NCBI GenBank assembly: GCA_028534125.1
Contig: CM052832.1
Location: forward strand, 22,942,001 to 23,006,000
DNA: 64,000 bases
Reading direction: 5' to 3'
Source: Lama glama
Lineage: Eukaryota
In this document: positions 26,456 to 40,966 of the stretch, piece after piece
How the letters are laid out: the number at the start of each line of letters is the position of its first letter
Position numbering within the stretch: the first letter of the stretch is position 1
Position numbers and translations under genes: made by a program
The notes under the pieces: generated by a model
What the model saw: the letters and a program-made list of their open reading frames with translations, nothing else
Database searches by the model: none
Told to the model about the DNA's origin: nothing

Positions 26456-29400
26456 CTCAGGTGGGTCACAGGCTCTCCTGCCAAATCTGTTCCCCTGGCC
26501 AAGGGGTGTGAGCAGGCAGAGTGAGGATATCTGGAGGGCCGAATGAGGGCAGTTTATATGCAGTTAAATGCAAGGGAACTGCCCTTGCATTTCATAAGCA
26601 CCAAATGAAACAGAGATATTAAAAGGTATAGAGAAGAAAAGAGTCCTCAGCACAGCAGTTTAGATTTATAATAACCAACTTCAGAGAACTCATAAAAGCC
26701 CATCTGTCCTGCAAAGCATTGCAACAAAAATGACCGCCTGGCGCTCACTCTTCTGCGCCACCACTTGTGTCGTATTTGTGTGTGTGGCTCTCGCATCCCC
26801 AGGCATGCCTCAAATTCAGGGCCCTGCAGAGCAGGGAAGCTTATTGTGTTTTCTGCATGGCAGCTCACCTAAGATAAATGAATAGAGGGGAGAAAAGCAA
26901 ATAGAACAGGAAAAAACTATCCCTTTCTACAGATGTGTATACTGGAATTTCAAGCTTACAAACAAAGCGAGAGCAGAAGAGTGCATTTTCTCCGTCCTAC
27001 CAAGTTGCCACTTCATAGGGCTTCCTGCCCTTTATATCCACAAAGCAATGCTCTCTGAGAGCAGACACAGAGAGACGGAGAAATAACCATATTGCTGACC
27101 TCCTCTCCCTTCTATTCCAGAAATGTACAGCTCAGCCAGCTGCTGCATCCTAGAGGTTATGGTGTCATATGGAAAGAGTTTGTTCCTTCGAGTAAGAAGA
27201 TGGTTAACCGAGACTGGATACATGACCTAAGAAAAGACAAAGGAAACTCGGGACCACCTACCACAGGCTGGGCACTTGCTAAGACACTTCACATAAATTA
27301 CTTCACTGAGCTCTCCCCAAATCCCTAAGGTTTTCTCATCTATAAGTGAAGATGATCACAATGTCTGTGAGGATTAAATGGGATCAGGTATGTAAGAGTG
27401 CTTTGTAAATTGTACAGGAGGACCACAGAAATGAAAATTATTACTTTCAAAAACTTGGCTGTTGCTAAAAGATTAGCTCTTTTCTCTTGGGTGCAGGAAA
27501 AGTATTGTTTGCCTTGCGAGGCTTAGTAAGTAACAGCTACAGGTGAAAGAACAGTCCTTTTCAAATGCTGTTGGACAGAAGATTTTTAAAGGACATCTTT
27601 CTGTGCTGAGAGGGAGGGAGGAAGGGGACAGAGGAAGAGAGAGAGAAGTGATAAAGATAGAGACCGGGAGGCATAGGGACCAGGCTGACAGAGAGACAGC
27701 AAGTCAGACACAAAAGAACAGGGAGAGAAAGACAGAAAGGAAGTGAGCAAACTAAACCAGTTAGAGGAAAAGCTGTTGTATACATAGTTTTCCTGCGTTA
27801 ATTGGGGGAGATACTGGGTATCACCTTCCATTAAAACTGAGAAATTTTGAGAGGTCTTGCTTTAGAAGTGACAAATGATATGCCTTTATGCATGCTGGGA
27901 GGAAGAAACCTGGGAACCCTGGCTGGTCTCAGATGTGTCTGATCTGGACTTTCATGTCCAAGTAGCTGCTTTTGATTTTTGCAGTGAAAGAGCATTTTAA
28001 TAAGCAGAGGCCTCACAGCAGGCGATGGAACGGACGGCCAGATGTCAGAATCGTTAGTCTGCGGTCAGTACATGAGCAGCTACCTCTGAGTACAGCCCAA
28101 GAGCGGCAGCTTCCCCTCGCAGGCATCTTGGAGAATTCGTGCCACGTTCTATGTCACTGAGAGCCATGCTTTGGTCTAGTCCAGCCATGTTACAAATCAG
28201 CAGAAGCCCTTGTCCACAAAGAAATCTTAGAGCTTGCAGCTAGAGACTGGCTCCATTCCTAGAATCCAATAGCACTGAGCTCCTAATTTTGAAACTTACG
28301 GAATCCTTCCAGCAAGCACCCAAGACTTCATCTGGACCCAGTAATCTGCAAGGTCATAGAGGAAAAAACCCCACCTGCTGTGTGCCAGGCCTTCTCCTCT
28401 ATAGTTTCCATGTGTTTTCTCATCTAATCTTCCCAGTTACCCTGAGGTAAGTACAATTATCTGTACTCTTCAGATGAGGAACCTGAGCTCAGGCTACTCT
28501 CCACTAGACTAAAAGCCTAGTTTGGGGCAGAATCCTGAAGTCAAACCAGACACTGCCTTTTCATACCCATACTTTTAGAAAAACAGAGGACACTCTTCTT
28601 GTTCCGAGCTCTACTGCACATTCACGATCACTCTCAACATGGTATGCACGTGCTCAAACTTGTTCCTCTGTATTTCATGAACTCACATCAAAAGAAAGAG
28701 GGAAAGCATTCAAAAATATGCTTATTGTTAAAAAAAAAAACCACTTACCAATAATATAACAACTGTTTTTTTTTTTTTCTGAATTAAGGTAAGGGTTAAG
28801 TCATTAAAAATGCCTCTGGCAAAAAGATTCCAAAGGACCAGGTTGAAAATGAGAGATGAAAGAGAGAAAGATTCTAACAGGGAGGTGACAGCAGAGATGA
28901 CAAAAATGCATGAAGCCTCCATTTGCAGACAGTGTTGGGATGAGCCTCGAGACAGAAAGCTAGTGTCTAGAGGAAGGCTAAGTCGTGGAGAGGGAGAAAG
29001 CAGCTTCTACTTTCTGTGTCAGTGGAGACTGGAGAGAGGGAGCAGATGGTGTCACTGAGGTGGCAGCTAATGTACCACAGAAGGGAGGTCCGTCCTCTGA
29101 CAAACCATCAGGCCCCTAGATCCCGCTTCCCATGCCTCCTCCTCACCTAGTGCAGGAAATTCGGTGGTAGCTAGGGGAGCAATTGTCCGAACCCTTCTCA
29201 ACATTTTACTCCTTTAGAATATTCAACAGATGTTTAACAGAAACATCTGTAGATGCCTAACAGAGAGGGGCGCCCACCCCAACACACTGAGAAGACCATG
29301 CCTACAGTATTCCCCCACCAGAATCTTCCTAATGAGCACCAGCATATTAACCACTGAGAAGAGCTAAGGCAGACACACCTATCAACTTTATCGAATCCAG

Positions 29401-32400
29401 TATTCTGCAAATTTTTTTTATCTATAGAGTTCCTAAAATTTAATCTTCCCTAGAACAGAGTTTGTTCAATGGAAATTCTATTTATTGAAAGATGGTGGAA
29501 TACTCCTTTTGTCCACTGCTGCAGGGCTTCTGGGACCAACTGGAACAGCTGCCCCTTTGCAAGCCAGGCCTCTCCATTGAACTTCTCAATAGCTATTAAC
29601 GGGTACAGTCTGAGGGGAGCAACTTCCCTCAGGAGCCAGCAGAAGGCTCGGCAAACCTTTATAAACAAGAGAAGGTTTACCTTAGAGCTTCCTGACTCGT
29701 TATTTTAGAAGGTACTTATTTCACCTGGTTATTATTCTATACCTGTTCCACTCTAACGTAATCAAAGACACAGGAAAGATTTATGCATTTCTATTGGTTT
29801 AACAGAGCAGTATTCTGTGGGAAAAAAATAGCAGAGGGTTGTATGTAAATCTGTTTCTCTTAGCCTGTTGAAAAACGTATCTGCAGAAAAATACTGGGAA
29901 GCCACAGAAGATAGTATGCTCCTGAAACTCACTACCTGTAAACAAGCACTTCTTAGAACTTGGTGAGGGTTACCAGATTTTTAAATCCTGTAACCTCAAC
30001 ATGTAAAGCATTCTACGCAGAGAATGTTCCATCACCACAAACATTTCAGGTGATCATGTCCATCCCACTTAAAGTTTTTTCAGATACATTTCTTGTCTCT
30101 CTAATAGCAACAATGGGACACTACGAATTACTTCCATTGTGTTTAACTAAATTCAGAAAACAAGAAAATCAAAGGATTGGAAGGCCTTATAACCACAATT
30201 ACTCTCTCCTTCAAGCTCCCTGGGAAACATAATGTCCCTCATGCACACAGGCCAAGGAGTTTTACCCTCCCGTAAGAGTCTTTGAACTGTGGATTCAGGT
30301 TAAATACTAATCTGCATTTACAAGTAAAGAATTTATACCTCTGCTTTCTCATCACTGTCCACATCCTTAGCCTTAATTGAAATATCAGTATCAAAAGCAC
30401 CAGTATCTTCATCCTCCAACGTGAAATTGGACTAGAACAACCAAAACGCTGTAGGGTGAAAACATTTTACATGACAGGGTATCGTGCAAGTCAACTAATT
30501 AAAATTCCTTAAGAAGTAAAATGATTTTTTATAATCCGTTCTACATATTTCAGCTTGGAAAAATTAAATTAGCCATTTCCTATCAAATGGAAAAGTCGTC
30601 CTAACATGCAAGTATTTTTCATGGGTCACTTGAGATTCTATCCATTAGGCATGAACTAGATTCACTTTCTGAGTATAACTAGTCATTGCCTATAACATAA
30701 TTTAATATCACTTCTGAATAAAAATCCAAATATCGTTGTAGTTTTGTTCTAGGTCTCTTAGGTTATTTTTTTTTTTACCATTTAAATAGTATAATTAGCA
30801 TTTATTTTACATAAACAAAATAAATTATATTCTTACTAAGAACTGAATCTCCCTCACTAACTTTTCTCTTTCTTTTTTTTTTTTTCTGAGAAAAAGACCG
30901 TATTTGTGCTTCCTGTAACTAAAACAATGTCTGCATATAGCAGCAAGTAGCCAATGCTTTAGAATAACAACAACTGTTGACACAGCTGGTCAGATAAACA
31001 TAAAAGCAAAATATGGATGGGACAAATCCCACAAACTGGTTCTACACAAGACTCCAAATGAAAGGTCCCGATTCAACCTGACAGCCATACCTCCCTACCA
31101 TTACATGACAAAGCTACCCCAAATTACCAAAGGGTCATAACTGCCTATTAATTTTTCTGCCATCACAAGGTGAATTCAGATAATAGAAATACTAGCAGAG
31201 ACAAAACTCCTCTGAGGCAGCCAAGAGCTGCAGGAAAACAATGACTTTATCTTGGGACAAGTTTTGTCACCCACATGACAAATACGACCTTACACAAATT
31301 GTCTCTTCCGTCTGTGTCCTATATGACTCAACTTCAAAATCTAGGCAATAACTGCCAAACTCCGTGTCAGTCTCACAATAATAATGATGGAGAGCTGTGT
31401 CCTGGTAGTCAATTTGAATTAGGCACTATGGGGCTCAAATGATGTAACTGTCCCTAACAATAGATTTCTCAAAGTCTCATTTCTGACACTAAGAACACTC
31501 TGGTTTAATCCATAGAGTCCCTAAAATCACAGACTATTAAATGTGAAGGATTTTTACAGATAACGAGTTTTACTCATTCCACTTAAACAGGAAGAAAACA
31601 AAGCTCCCGTCCCCAAATTGAAGCAACTTATCTGAGGTCTTACAGGTAATTCAAGGCACAGCTAAAGAACCAGGGCTCCAATCCAAACACTTTCATAACT
31701 CTGGGGTCTTTCCAGCACACAGCAAAACTTTCCTGCAAAGCTTGCCCAGTTGTGCATAAGACAATTACTCTCAGACTGAGAAGGAAGTGTTGATAAAAGT
31801 GTAACCAATGCCATATATCAATATAGGCCTCTATTTAATCCATCAAACTGTTCACAGGCTTTTGGTTTTTGTTTCTACAAAAAGCTCCACATATCCAGAA
31901 GACACACACACACCCACATTCAGACATTACTCCTTGGGGCTTGCATGAGTGAGCCTCATCACAGAACTGAAAATAGGTATCTCTGAAGAAAGCTGACAAA
32001 CCCATCCCCTACCTCCTGTCAAATGAAGGACTAGTCATTCAGTGATCATTAAGATCACACAGTCTGCCCAAACCAAGAATCCATTCTTTACACAGTGGTA
32101 ACAACAGTTATGACTCAGAGGGGAAGCAATTCGTTCAGGAATCCAAGGACATTTACTCAGAGATTTCTTGGGAATGGTCTAAGAGCTATAGAGTTAAATT
32201 CAAAGGAAAATTATTATTTCCTCCCCTGAATTTATGTTTAAATGAAATAAACTTCACAGTTCTCCTTCTTCCCTGGTACCATAATACTGTTGCTTGCTAT
32301 ACAAATTCTACCTCATGCTGTTTCATGGGAAGCTACATTATAGTGGAGAATAAGTTAATTCCATATGTATTTCTATAAAAGTATATTACTATTTAAGAAA

Positions 32401-34355
32401 AACAAAACAGTAACAAAATCATGGGAAACCAAATGGCAATCTCCAGCCCGGTTTGGGCTGATTTAGCCCTATCTTCCCATCTCCCAATACATCAAGGTTA
32501 CTACTTCCTGTTGCCCCAAGTATCCTGGCATCACTAGGCCTGCTCCCCCAAAGATTGTGGGCACGAGAAGGGACTGACGCAGTGTTAGCATAGTACTGGT
32601 TGAACAACTCTTCAAACTACACAACAAATATTACTGAAGGCCACTTACATTTCCCCTTTTTTTATGTTATTTTTCCTTTCTACTCCAAACAGAAGTTAAT
32701 TTTCCCTTCCCTAAGCCCCTATTAAGTAGCCATTTGGTTTCCTCATTTTTATTTACCATATACTGCCTTGTGATGTTTTTCCTGACCTCCCAAGTAAGGG
32801 GACTGGCTCACTCCTAAGAGTCTCCCTCATAAACAGTACAACCTTATATCACAGTGTGTATAATACTCTCATTTGCCTGCATATTGATCTGCTTATCTGC
32901 TAATCCCTTGAAGGTAAAGACAACACCTTAACACTTTTGGGCCTTTAAATCTTATAAAACATAAAATGATTATTTGATTAATTAATTAATACCCCAAATT
33001 CCTGAATAGTTAGCCCTCATTTACTAGAGGATATTTTCCATTTTGCTGTTTTGTGACTATTGTCCTTACTGTAACTGTCCCCTTTTCTATCTGCCATCAC
33101 CTTGTATCATCTACAGTCGATGAGAAGAGGTAGTCTCAGTTCTCTTTATTGGCACTTGGGTGTCAGCATTGTTAGGATTGCAGATGAATTCAGGGTTGCT
33201 AGCCCTACACACAGGAAGCAGTAATGCTCAGCTAATATGTGGAGCGGTCGCTTCAATAATCTAGGAGAGGATATGAAAAGCTTATATTTTCTCTCCCCAC
33301 ACGCAAAAAACAAAGCTTATACTCCTGGGCTGGCTACAAATCCAAAACAAAATGGCACGATGATGGTTCAGCCGTCTTGGCTGATGGAACACTTCATCAG
33401 CCCAATGGTCAGACAACTGAGGAGTGAGCAGGAGACGTAAAGCATCTTTTCTTACTGGGGACCCTGACTTGTTCAAGAGGGATTTGTTAGAGAATCAACT
33501 CCCCAAACAGCTTGTTTTGTTTTGCTTCCCTTCTATGTAGACAGATTGTCTTTTAAGCTGACAAAGTAGGAAATAAATGGCATTAAAAATGTGAAGAAGC
33601 AAATTATCCCTTTTATCCTAATATTCATCAGAGATTTACTGAAATTTTGAAAACAACACAAAACCACCAGTGACATTCTTGTGAGCCTTCCCATGGACTG
33701 CATCTAATTTCAGGTTCTTTCTGCACTTTAAAGTTGCTAATGTTTGTAGCAGTATGCAGTATCACGCCAGCTTTAATTCAGGTGAAGCTAAAATTAGAGG
33801 TAAACTTACTGGTTAAGTGGTCTCATATCACATATCACACCGAAGCTTAAAGTAGACACTGAGGGCTAAATTTTTTAAGGGCTCTCCAAATTTGCATCGA
33901 CAAAACCCTCATTGGTATGCATGAGCAGCTGTCTGGTTATCCACCCCACCCAACCACAAGCTGGTGACTTCCTTATCAAAAGCTGTACAAATCCTGGGCT
34001 AAGACTATAACTGCAAATTGATAAAGCATTGAAACATTGACGACAAAACTGCAACCAGCTTGCTCTTATCCACTGTGCTAGAATGAGCTACTCTATAAAG
34101 ACTATCAACCATACACTCAATATTTGAACTTTTCCGTAATGTCTGCCTTTACTCTAACTCAACGGTTATATGCACGTTTTCATTTAATCAAGTGTCACTA
34201 AACCGTGATCAAAGTACCTCCTCTGATGTGGAACCCAGCAGCTGGGGAATCAGGCACCTACAACCTGTATCTCCAGAGGCTGATTTGTAAACCAATCAAT
34301 CTAACAAAATAGATATAATTCTTTTCTCCCATTTACTTGCTCCCCACGTGAAGAC

Positions 34356-34728
34356 TGTTAGGGACTGAATGTCTGTTTCTTACTAAAATGCTATGTTGAA
34401 GACATAACTTTCAAAGTGAGGGTATCTGAAGGTGGGGTTTGGGGGAAGTAATCAGGGCTAGATGAGGTCATGGGTGGGGCCCTCTGATGGAATTAGGCCC
34501 CTCTAAGAAGACACGAGCCAGCTTGCTCTCTCGCTCCCCTGCCATGTGAGGACATGATGAGGAGCCGAGCACCTGCAAGCCAGGAAGGGGGCTCTCACCA
34601 CAAACGGAACTGGCTAGCACCTTGATCTCCGACTCCCCAGCTTCCAGAACTGTGAGAAAATAGATTTCTGTTGTCTAAGTCACCCAGTCTCTGGAGTTTT
34701 GTTATGGCAACCCAAGTGGACTGAGACA
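34356..34728 (+). mobile_element. Complete MLT1A-type MaLR solo LTR
   Basis: TG...CA ends, with CTTCCAGAACTGTGAGAAAATAGATTTCTGTTG and TTTTGTTATGGCAACCC. 5-bp TSD AAGAC at 34351-34355 and 34729-34733. Confidence 0.9.
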
Positions 34729-37700
34729 AAGACAGCTACAGAAAAGACAAGACATACAAATACATAAATAAATATTGATACACTAGTTGCCATGACATTG
34801 GTATCACTGTACGGCGCCATGTAGATTCAGATCAGCTCCACATCATTAAGTGCAGTGGCAGCTGAAGTCTTCAGCTGGTAAAAGTTTATCTCTGTTTAGC
34901 CCATTTGGAAAAGGTATTCCCTTTAGGGGACTGTTTAGTAAGTCAAAGACATAACAGAAACAGTGTTGACCTCATTAACATAAGCTCCCTTCTCCTGTTT
35001 ATAACTTGGTCATAAACCTTCATAACTGCTCAGTAAGAAAACCGTCTGGATGATAATAGTACTCAGAGGGGGTGTTGTTCGCAGATCAGTGAAGCCAGGC
35101 CACATGTCCCTCCACCAAAGGGCTTTAAAAGTGCTACTCTCAGTGAAAACAAAATCACTTTAAAAATTACTAACACATCAAGACCACTATCCAGAAAAGA
35201 ATGTGATTATGCAAAATACAAAAGAAAGATTTTTCTTTATACATCTTGATCTAAAGCAGGTTTACTCACATCTTCACTTGGTTCTAAAACGCAATCACTT
35301 GCAAGGCTCATCTTAGATTCAAATGAGCTTTTGGAAATATACAAATACATACACATACACACACACAAACACAGATGTGTACATTGTACACGCTGACAGT
35401 GATGCCTGTCCTAATAATCAACGTGATATGAAAATGTGTTGTAACATTGAGTAAAGGGGTTACATTTATTTTGTAGTTCTCTTTTCTCTGTGTGTGTATG
35501 TGTGTGTTTGTGTGTGTTGGAGAGTCATGAAGAGGAGGAAAATCATTTATCACTGAATTTGCTTTGACGACCTCTGCAGTGCTGGTAAGGTAAGCTGCAC
35601 ATACACGGCTGCTCAGGGAATACAGTTAGACACAGACACAGAAGGTCACAGAGGGGGAAATGAATGGAAAGGTAGCAGTCCAGATGTGGCTGCTGCTTCT
35701 TTAGTTAACATTCTCATTAGCAAAAAATTGTAACTAGTTTAATTTTTTAAATATATTGAATGCACTGTCCAAAGTATCACCTATCTTGCCTTGCTGCTTA
35801 AATGCCTGCATTCAATATTCTATGGAACCTGAGCAATGGTATAAAGTGAAAGGTGACTTTAAAATTCGGTGAGCATACATGCCCAAGTTACAGTCCCAAA
35901 TTCACTGAAATTATAAACTATGAAAAATACTGCAAAAAAAAATACAGTACTTGAGAAGTAAGTGAGGATCGCCTTCACATAGTAATTGACATCACCAATA
36001 TTTGCTTTAGTTACTTGAACCACATCTCCTTTGATTACATCACCACTGAGATGAGTTATTTTATACAACTGGTCATGGGAGAACTTACTACAAAGGACCA
36101 AGTTTGTCAGAAATTAACTTTTCTTCTAGACATATGTGCAGGATCCTTCAATGTTACTGCCATTATTTAAAAAATAAGTAAGTAACCAAATCATAAACAA
36201 CTAAAACACATTCCAACAGAAAATATTTAAAGTCACACTGAATCACCAAGGGCTATTAGGAACTTGGAATCCTTAAATTTAAGGTGTGGTGTTGGTCTAC
36301 ACAGTTAATAATTTCCTGCCAGACATTCACCATAGGGAAAGGGCAGGAGGATCTTACAACAAACGACGCGGGATGCTCAGTTCACATCCAGACAACGTCG
36401 CTGAGCTTCAGAGAGTGCATGAGAACTGAGACAGAGCACCTACCTGGTCAGCAGGTGGCTCAGCAGCAGGAGCAGTGACAGTGCACCTGGGCAGGAGAAA
36501 CAAGGTGCTCCAGCGACGGGTGTGCACCGGAGACGGCCTGATAGCCATGGCCCCCGAGAAAGGAGGTGTCTCAGCAGAGGCCACAGGACACAAGGAGTGT
36601 CTACAAAGCAGGTACTTCCTCCTTGTTGCCACGGAACTTCTCACTCCCCATCCACATACTGTCCTGGAAGAAGAGGAGGGGAAAGTGAGAAGAAAATGCC
36701 CTGATTGCAGTTTTAAACTGACTTAACAACTGGACTCCAGTTTTTGAGAAATAGTGCTGTTTTTCTGTAGTGTTGCCTATAAATTTTAATCACATTCCCA
36801 ACCATGTAGAACACAGACGACATCTAATACTCTGGCTTAGACTCACAGAGGCAGGCTTTCTCAGCTCCTTCAGATGGAGAACTCAAAATTGCTAACAGCT
36901 GAATTCTTTCACCTTTTCTTCAGCTTGATTTTCACAGGGTAAACTTTCCCTTGATCCAGCTTCCCTGACTTCTGGGATTATGTAAAATTGTCAGTGCCTA
37001 CCACCTGAATGTGTTTTAGCACAGCAGGCTCATGAAATGTGGCAGCTGGAAGCAGGTGTGAGATGGGAGCTGGGTTGGTCAGCTTCTCAGAGAAACCAAG
37101 GTTCTCCCGGTGAGGGATTTAAAGGCAAATTCTACATTACCACCTCCAGGCTAGAACCAAATTTTGACCCTAGTACTCAGAGCAGGGTCAAAGACAACTA
37201 CAAACACAAATGCTGTGAAAGAATGACACTGTTTTTTTTTGCAACAATGGAGTGAGGAAAAGGAGCTTGACAACAGGGAAAAGCTCAGAGATAAACAACA
37301 TAGGCAAGGAGTGAAACAGGATTCAGTCATACAAAGAAACCAAGAAGATGACAATGCAGCACTTAACCCAGATTAAGAGGAAAGGGAGGCAGGGCATTCT
37401 TTCATGTCTCCAAACCTGATAAACCTTTTTTGTCCCGAGGGGTGGAGGTGGATGCCAGACAAAATTTTAGTTCATTAACCTCAAAGATTTTGCTTTGAGT
37501 TTCCACATGTGACAATACATGTTTCTAGACTTCTCCTTAAGTACGTATGTGAGCGTAGGTAAGTATATGTGTGTGGGGGTCAGCTTAGGGATGTGTGCGT
37601 GCGTGTGTGTGTGTGCACACGCGTTAAGAAGTAGATATAATAGCCTACCTATCTCCAGTAGTTAAAAGATATTTTAAAGATCATTGCTAACCCAAACAAT

Positions 37701-38789
37701 ATTCCCTACAGAGTACTCAGAGCAGGTTACCAGAATGAGGGTGTGGGATTAACAAGCAAAATCAGATAATAGGACTTTACCAACATCTGGTGTTGACCAC
37801 CTACACACAAGTTTATTTTTAGAGAAATGACATAAGAATAAATTTTTTTTCAAATGTAAATGCAGTTTGCAGAGTAACTTATCATGGTATCAGAGCAAAC
37901 TCACCATGGTATCTGACCTGACATTGTAGTTGAAGCAGGTGGCCTGTAACCACATCATGCACCCTTATTTTGATTAAGACCCTTTTCTCTCACATCAGCT
38001 TGTTTCATTGACTGACAGGTTCTGATCTTGTCTGTTTCTGAATTCTTGCTTTTCACTCAAGCCTTGACTCTGAGTCCTGAAATATTCCCAGCCCCTATAA
38101 TCACACCATTTCTCACCACTGGAGGTCAGAAGCCTGCTCCAGCCCAGCCAGCACAATTTAGCAAGGACTGAGCCCTTGCAAAACAGAATGAGACATGAGA
38201 TTTCTACCAATCTTAACCACCAAACTGACTTCTCAGTTTGTCTCTGTGATCAAAGCTTTAGAGTCTAGACTCTCAAATTAACATCCTTCAGCAACATCTC
38301 CACTATCAAGCAGTTTGAAGTTTATAATTGCCCAGAGTTGGCAAGATTCGTTCATTCATTCATTCATTCATTCATTCATTCTTCCGTTACTAAAAAATAA
38401 ATAAAACAAACAATAACAAACAATTACATTGACTATCTCTTACGGGTTGGGAACAGTGACAGCCCCAAGGATATAAGACTAATTCAGAAGCAAAACTGAC
38501 ATCTGTCTACACAGTAGGATTTGGATGTATCACCTGCCCCAGATACATCTTTTTAAAAATTCTGCTACTGTGCCTGGATGGCCTACATTCAGATCCAAGA
38601 GAAAACAGATTGTCTACCAGGAAATATTAGTTACATCAGGTAGAAGATAGCACAATAAGTGAAACTGTGAAGATAAAATGTAAACTAAATTATCATTCAC
38701 TTATAAAGCATACGAAGACTTAGAGTTTATCATCCACAGTCAACCTGTCTGAAAGAATTATTAAAGAATATGCTACCTCATCAAGAAGA

Positions 38790-39092
38790 AATGTAATGGA
38801 TGAAGAGGAACAAAAGGTACAAACTGCCAGTTAGAAAATAAACAAACCATGGGAATGTCATGTAGGGCAAGGTGACGATAGTTAGTAGTACTGTATCACA
38901 TATTTGAAAGTTGCTAAGAGAGTGGATCTTAACTATCTCATCATGAGAAAAAAATAAATTGTAACTGTACAAGGTGATGGATGTTAACCAGACTTACTGT
39001 GGTGATCATTCTGTAACATACACAAATATTGAATCATTATACTGTACACCTGAAACTACTATGCTATATGTCATTATACTTCAATAAAAAAG
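38790..39092 (+). mobile_element. L1MA9-like 3' end
   Basis: AAAAGGTACAAACTGCCAGTTA...TTTGAAAGTTGCTAAGAGAGTGGATCTTAA...CTGTACACCTGAAACT...CAATAAAAA. Confidence 0.85.
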
Positions 39093-39604
39093 AAATTTGA
39101 ACCCTAAGAGATGAAGGATGGTGAGCACAGAAATTTATCAAATGTACCAGTTACTTTAATGCCTATTTTTAAAAAGTAACTAATATTGTATGTTAAAAAT
39201 TAAAACAAAATTTAAAGTATAACACAGTGGCAGAAATACTCAACAGAGAGACAAAGTATGCTGGGTCTTATGTTCAGGAGTAGGAAAAATGTAGAAACAT
39301 CCGTGCTAGTTAAAGATGACACTCATTGGATTCAAATTTGTATACACTTTGGAATAAATCACTTTATAAGTAAACACTCAATTCCTACCCCCAAAATGGC
39401 AATATGTAAGGACAAAGACAATACATTTTTAAAAGTCTTCAAGATCCCTTCTGCGCTTTTCAATCATCCTTCTCTGCTGTTCCTCTTCAGAATATACTGA
39501 CGCTCAGTCTATGAAATCACAGTCAACTTGTAAGAAAACTCACCTCTCTCTACTCTTAACGGTTGTGTGGAGAAGTACCACTAACACTTTTCTTCTTCCA
39601 AAAC

Positions 39605-40966
39605 TGTGTCGTCAAAATTTTGGTTTCCGGATACCTATCTATTCATGCCCAAAATTATCTACGCCCCAAAGACTTTTATTTATATGAATTACATTTGTCA
39701 CTTTTTACTACAGTAGACATTAAATCTAAAATTTTTTTTGAATTCCAACTTTATTTATTTAAAATGAATGATGATAAACCCATTGTATTTTAATGAAAAT
39801 GACATTTTTATTTAAAAATTGTATTTCCTAAAGAAAAGAACTGTGAGAAGAGTGGCAATATATTACATTTTTGTGAATATCTTTGATGTCTGGCTTAATA
39901 GAAGCAGATGAATTTTATATAGGGGTCTGTATTCAACACATTGAAGGTAGCTCTTGCTGAAGTATATGCAAAATATCTGACTTCATACCAATACATATTT
40001 GAGAAAAGGAGAAGCATTTTCAAAGCTCTTTTCAGATGCCTGTGGATATTATTTCTTTAAACTATACCAAAACTCAGTAAGTGGAAGTTTTTTTAAGTTT
40101 TGTTACAACATGGAAAATTAAATTGTCTAAGAGAACATTTTTACTCTATTACATTAAAATTGATTGGGGTCTGTCTTGCACATTGAATGGTTCCCTTAAA
40201 ACACATAATTCTGTAACATTATACACTGGTACTTTTTAGAAAATACTGGTTTACTGAGTTACACTGATCTTCCAAATATTCACACATTTCACTACACCAC
40301 GTCAAAAAGTCACCTTCGTGTTATCACTGAGCTCATCAGAAAAATCTTTAAGAAATAGGAAGTTTTCAAGCTCAGAGAAGATACAAGTTTTCAAAAATGT
40401 AAATTTTCACCTGAAATTTCCAACTTTATCCTTGGCAATAAATATAGTCGTTTGTTTTCTTGAACTGACATTTTTAAAGAAATGTTTCTCAAACATACAA
40501 CTCTGAACAACCATAGTTTGTGTATCAGAGATTCTTTCAAGGAAAAATGGTATGGTATTCTCTGCAAAAAGTCAACAGTTCAGCTCTTAACTCAACCTTA
40601 CGACAGCCTTTGTACATCAATATAAATACGAAATATTAAAAAGATGTTTACTCGAGGGTAAAGATCTAATAAAATTAACAAACTGTATTGTTTCATTATT
40701 TTAAGAGAAATTTTAAGAGAAACCGGCCCTTTTTTTAAACTGGAAAGATGAGAGTGGCCACACTTCAGTTCAGTGCCACTGCCGTGATTATTAAGCTGCT
40801 GGAAGTTCTGCCCACCACTGCTTTAGCACCTTTACCGCAAAATGTCAATACCACGTAAAAGGCAAATAACATCCCAGGTATTATGAAAATAGTTTTAGTC
40901 TTGCAGACCCTCTGAATGTGTCTCAGGGGCCAGCAAGTTTCTATGGACCACTTTTTCAGAACCACT
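39605..40966. mobile_element. Charlie1-type (hAT) DNA transposon remnant
   Basis: GAGAAGAGTGGCA...TGTCTGGCTTAATAGAAG; GTTCTGCCCACCACTGCTTTAGCACC; GTATTATGAAAATAGTTTT; ends GGACCACTTTTTCAGAACCACT. Confidence 0.8.

Noticed and set aside
29226..29250. 10-bp inverted repeat ACAGATGTTT/AAACATCTGT
   Set aside because: Short, AT-rich and inside a probable hAT remnant. Too short for a pre-miRNA.
35962..36049. GTGAGGA...CTGA spacing reminiscent of a C/D-box snoRNA
   Set aside because: Non-consensus C box, no terminal stem and no recognisable rRNA guide.
37885..37896. CA followed by TGGTATCAGAGC, identical to the plant tRNA-iMet primer-binding site of copia/gypsy/caulimovirus elements
   Set aside because: Only 12 bp, with no upstream LTR or downstream gag-like ORF, in a mammalian context. 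Most likely chance.
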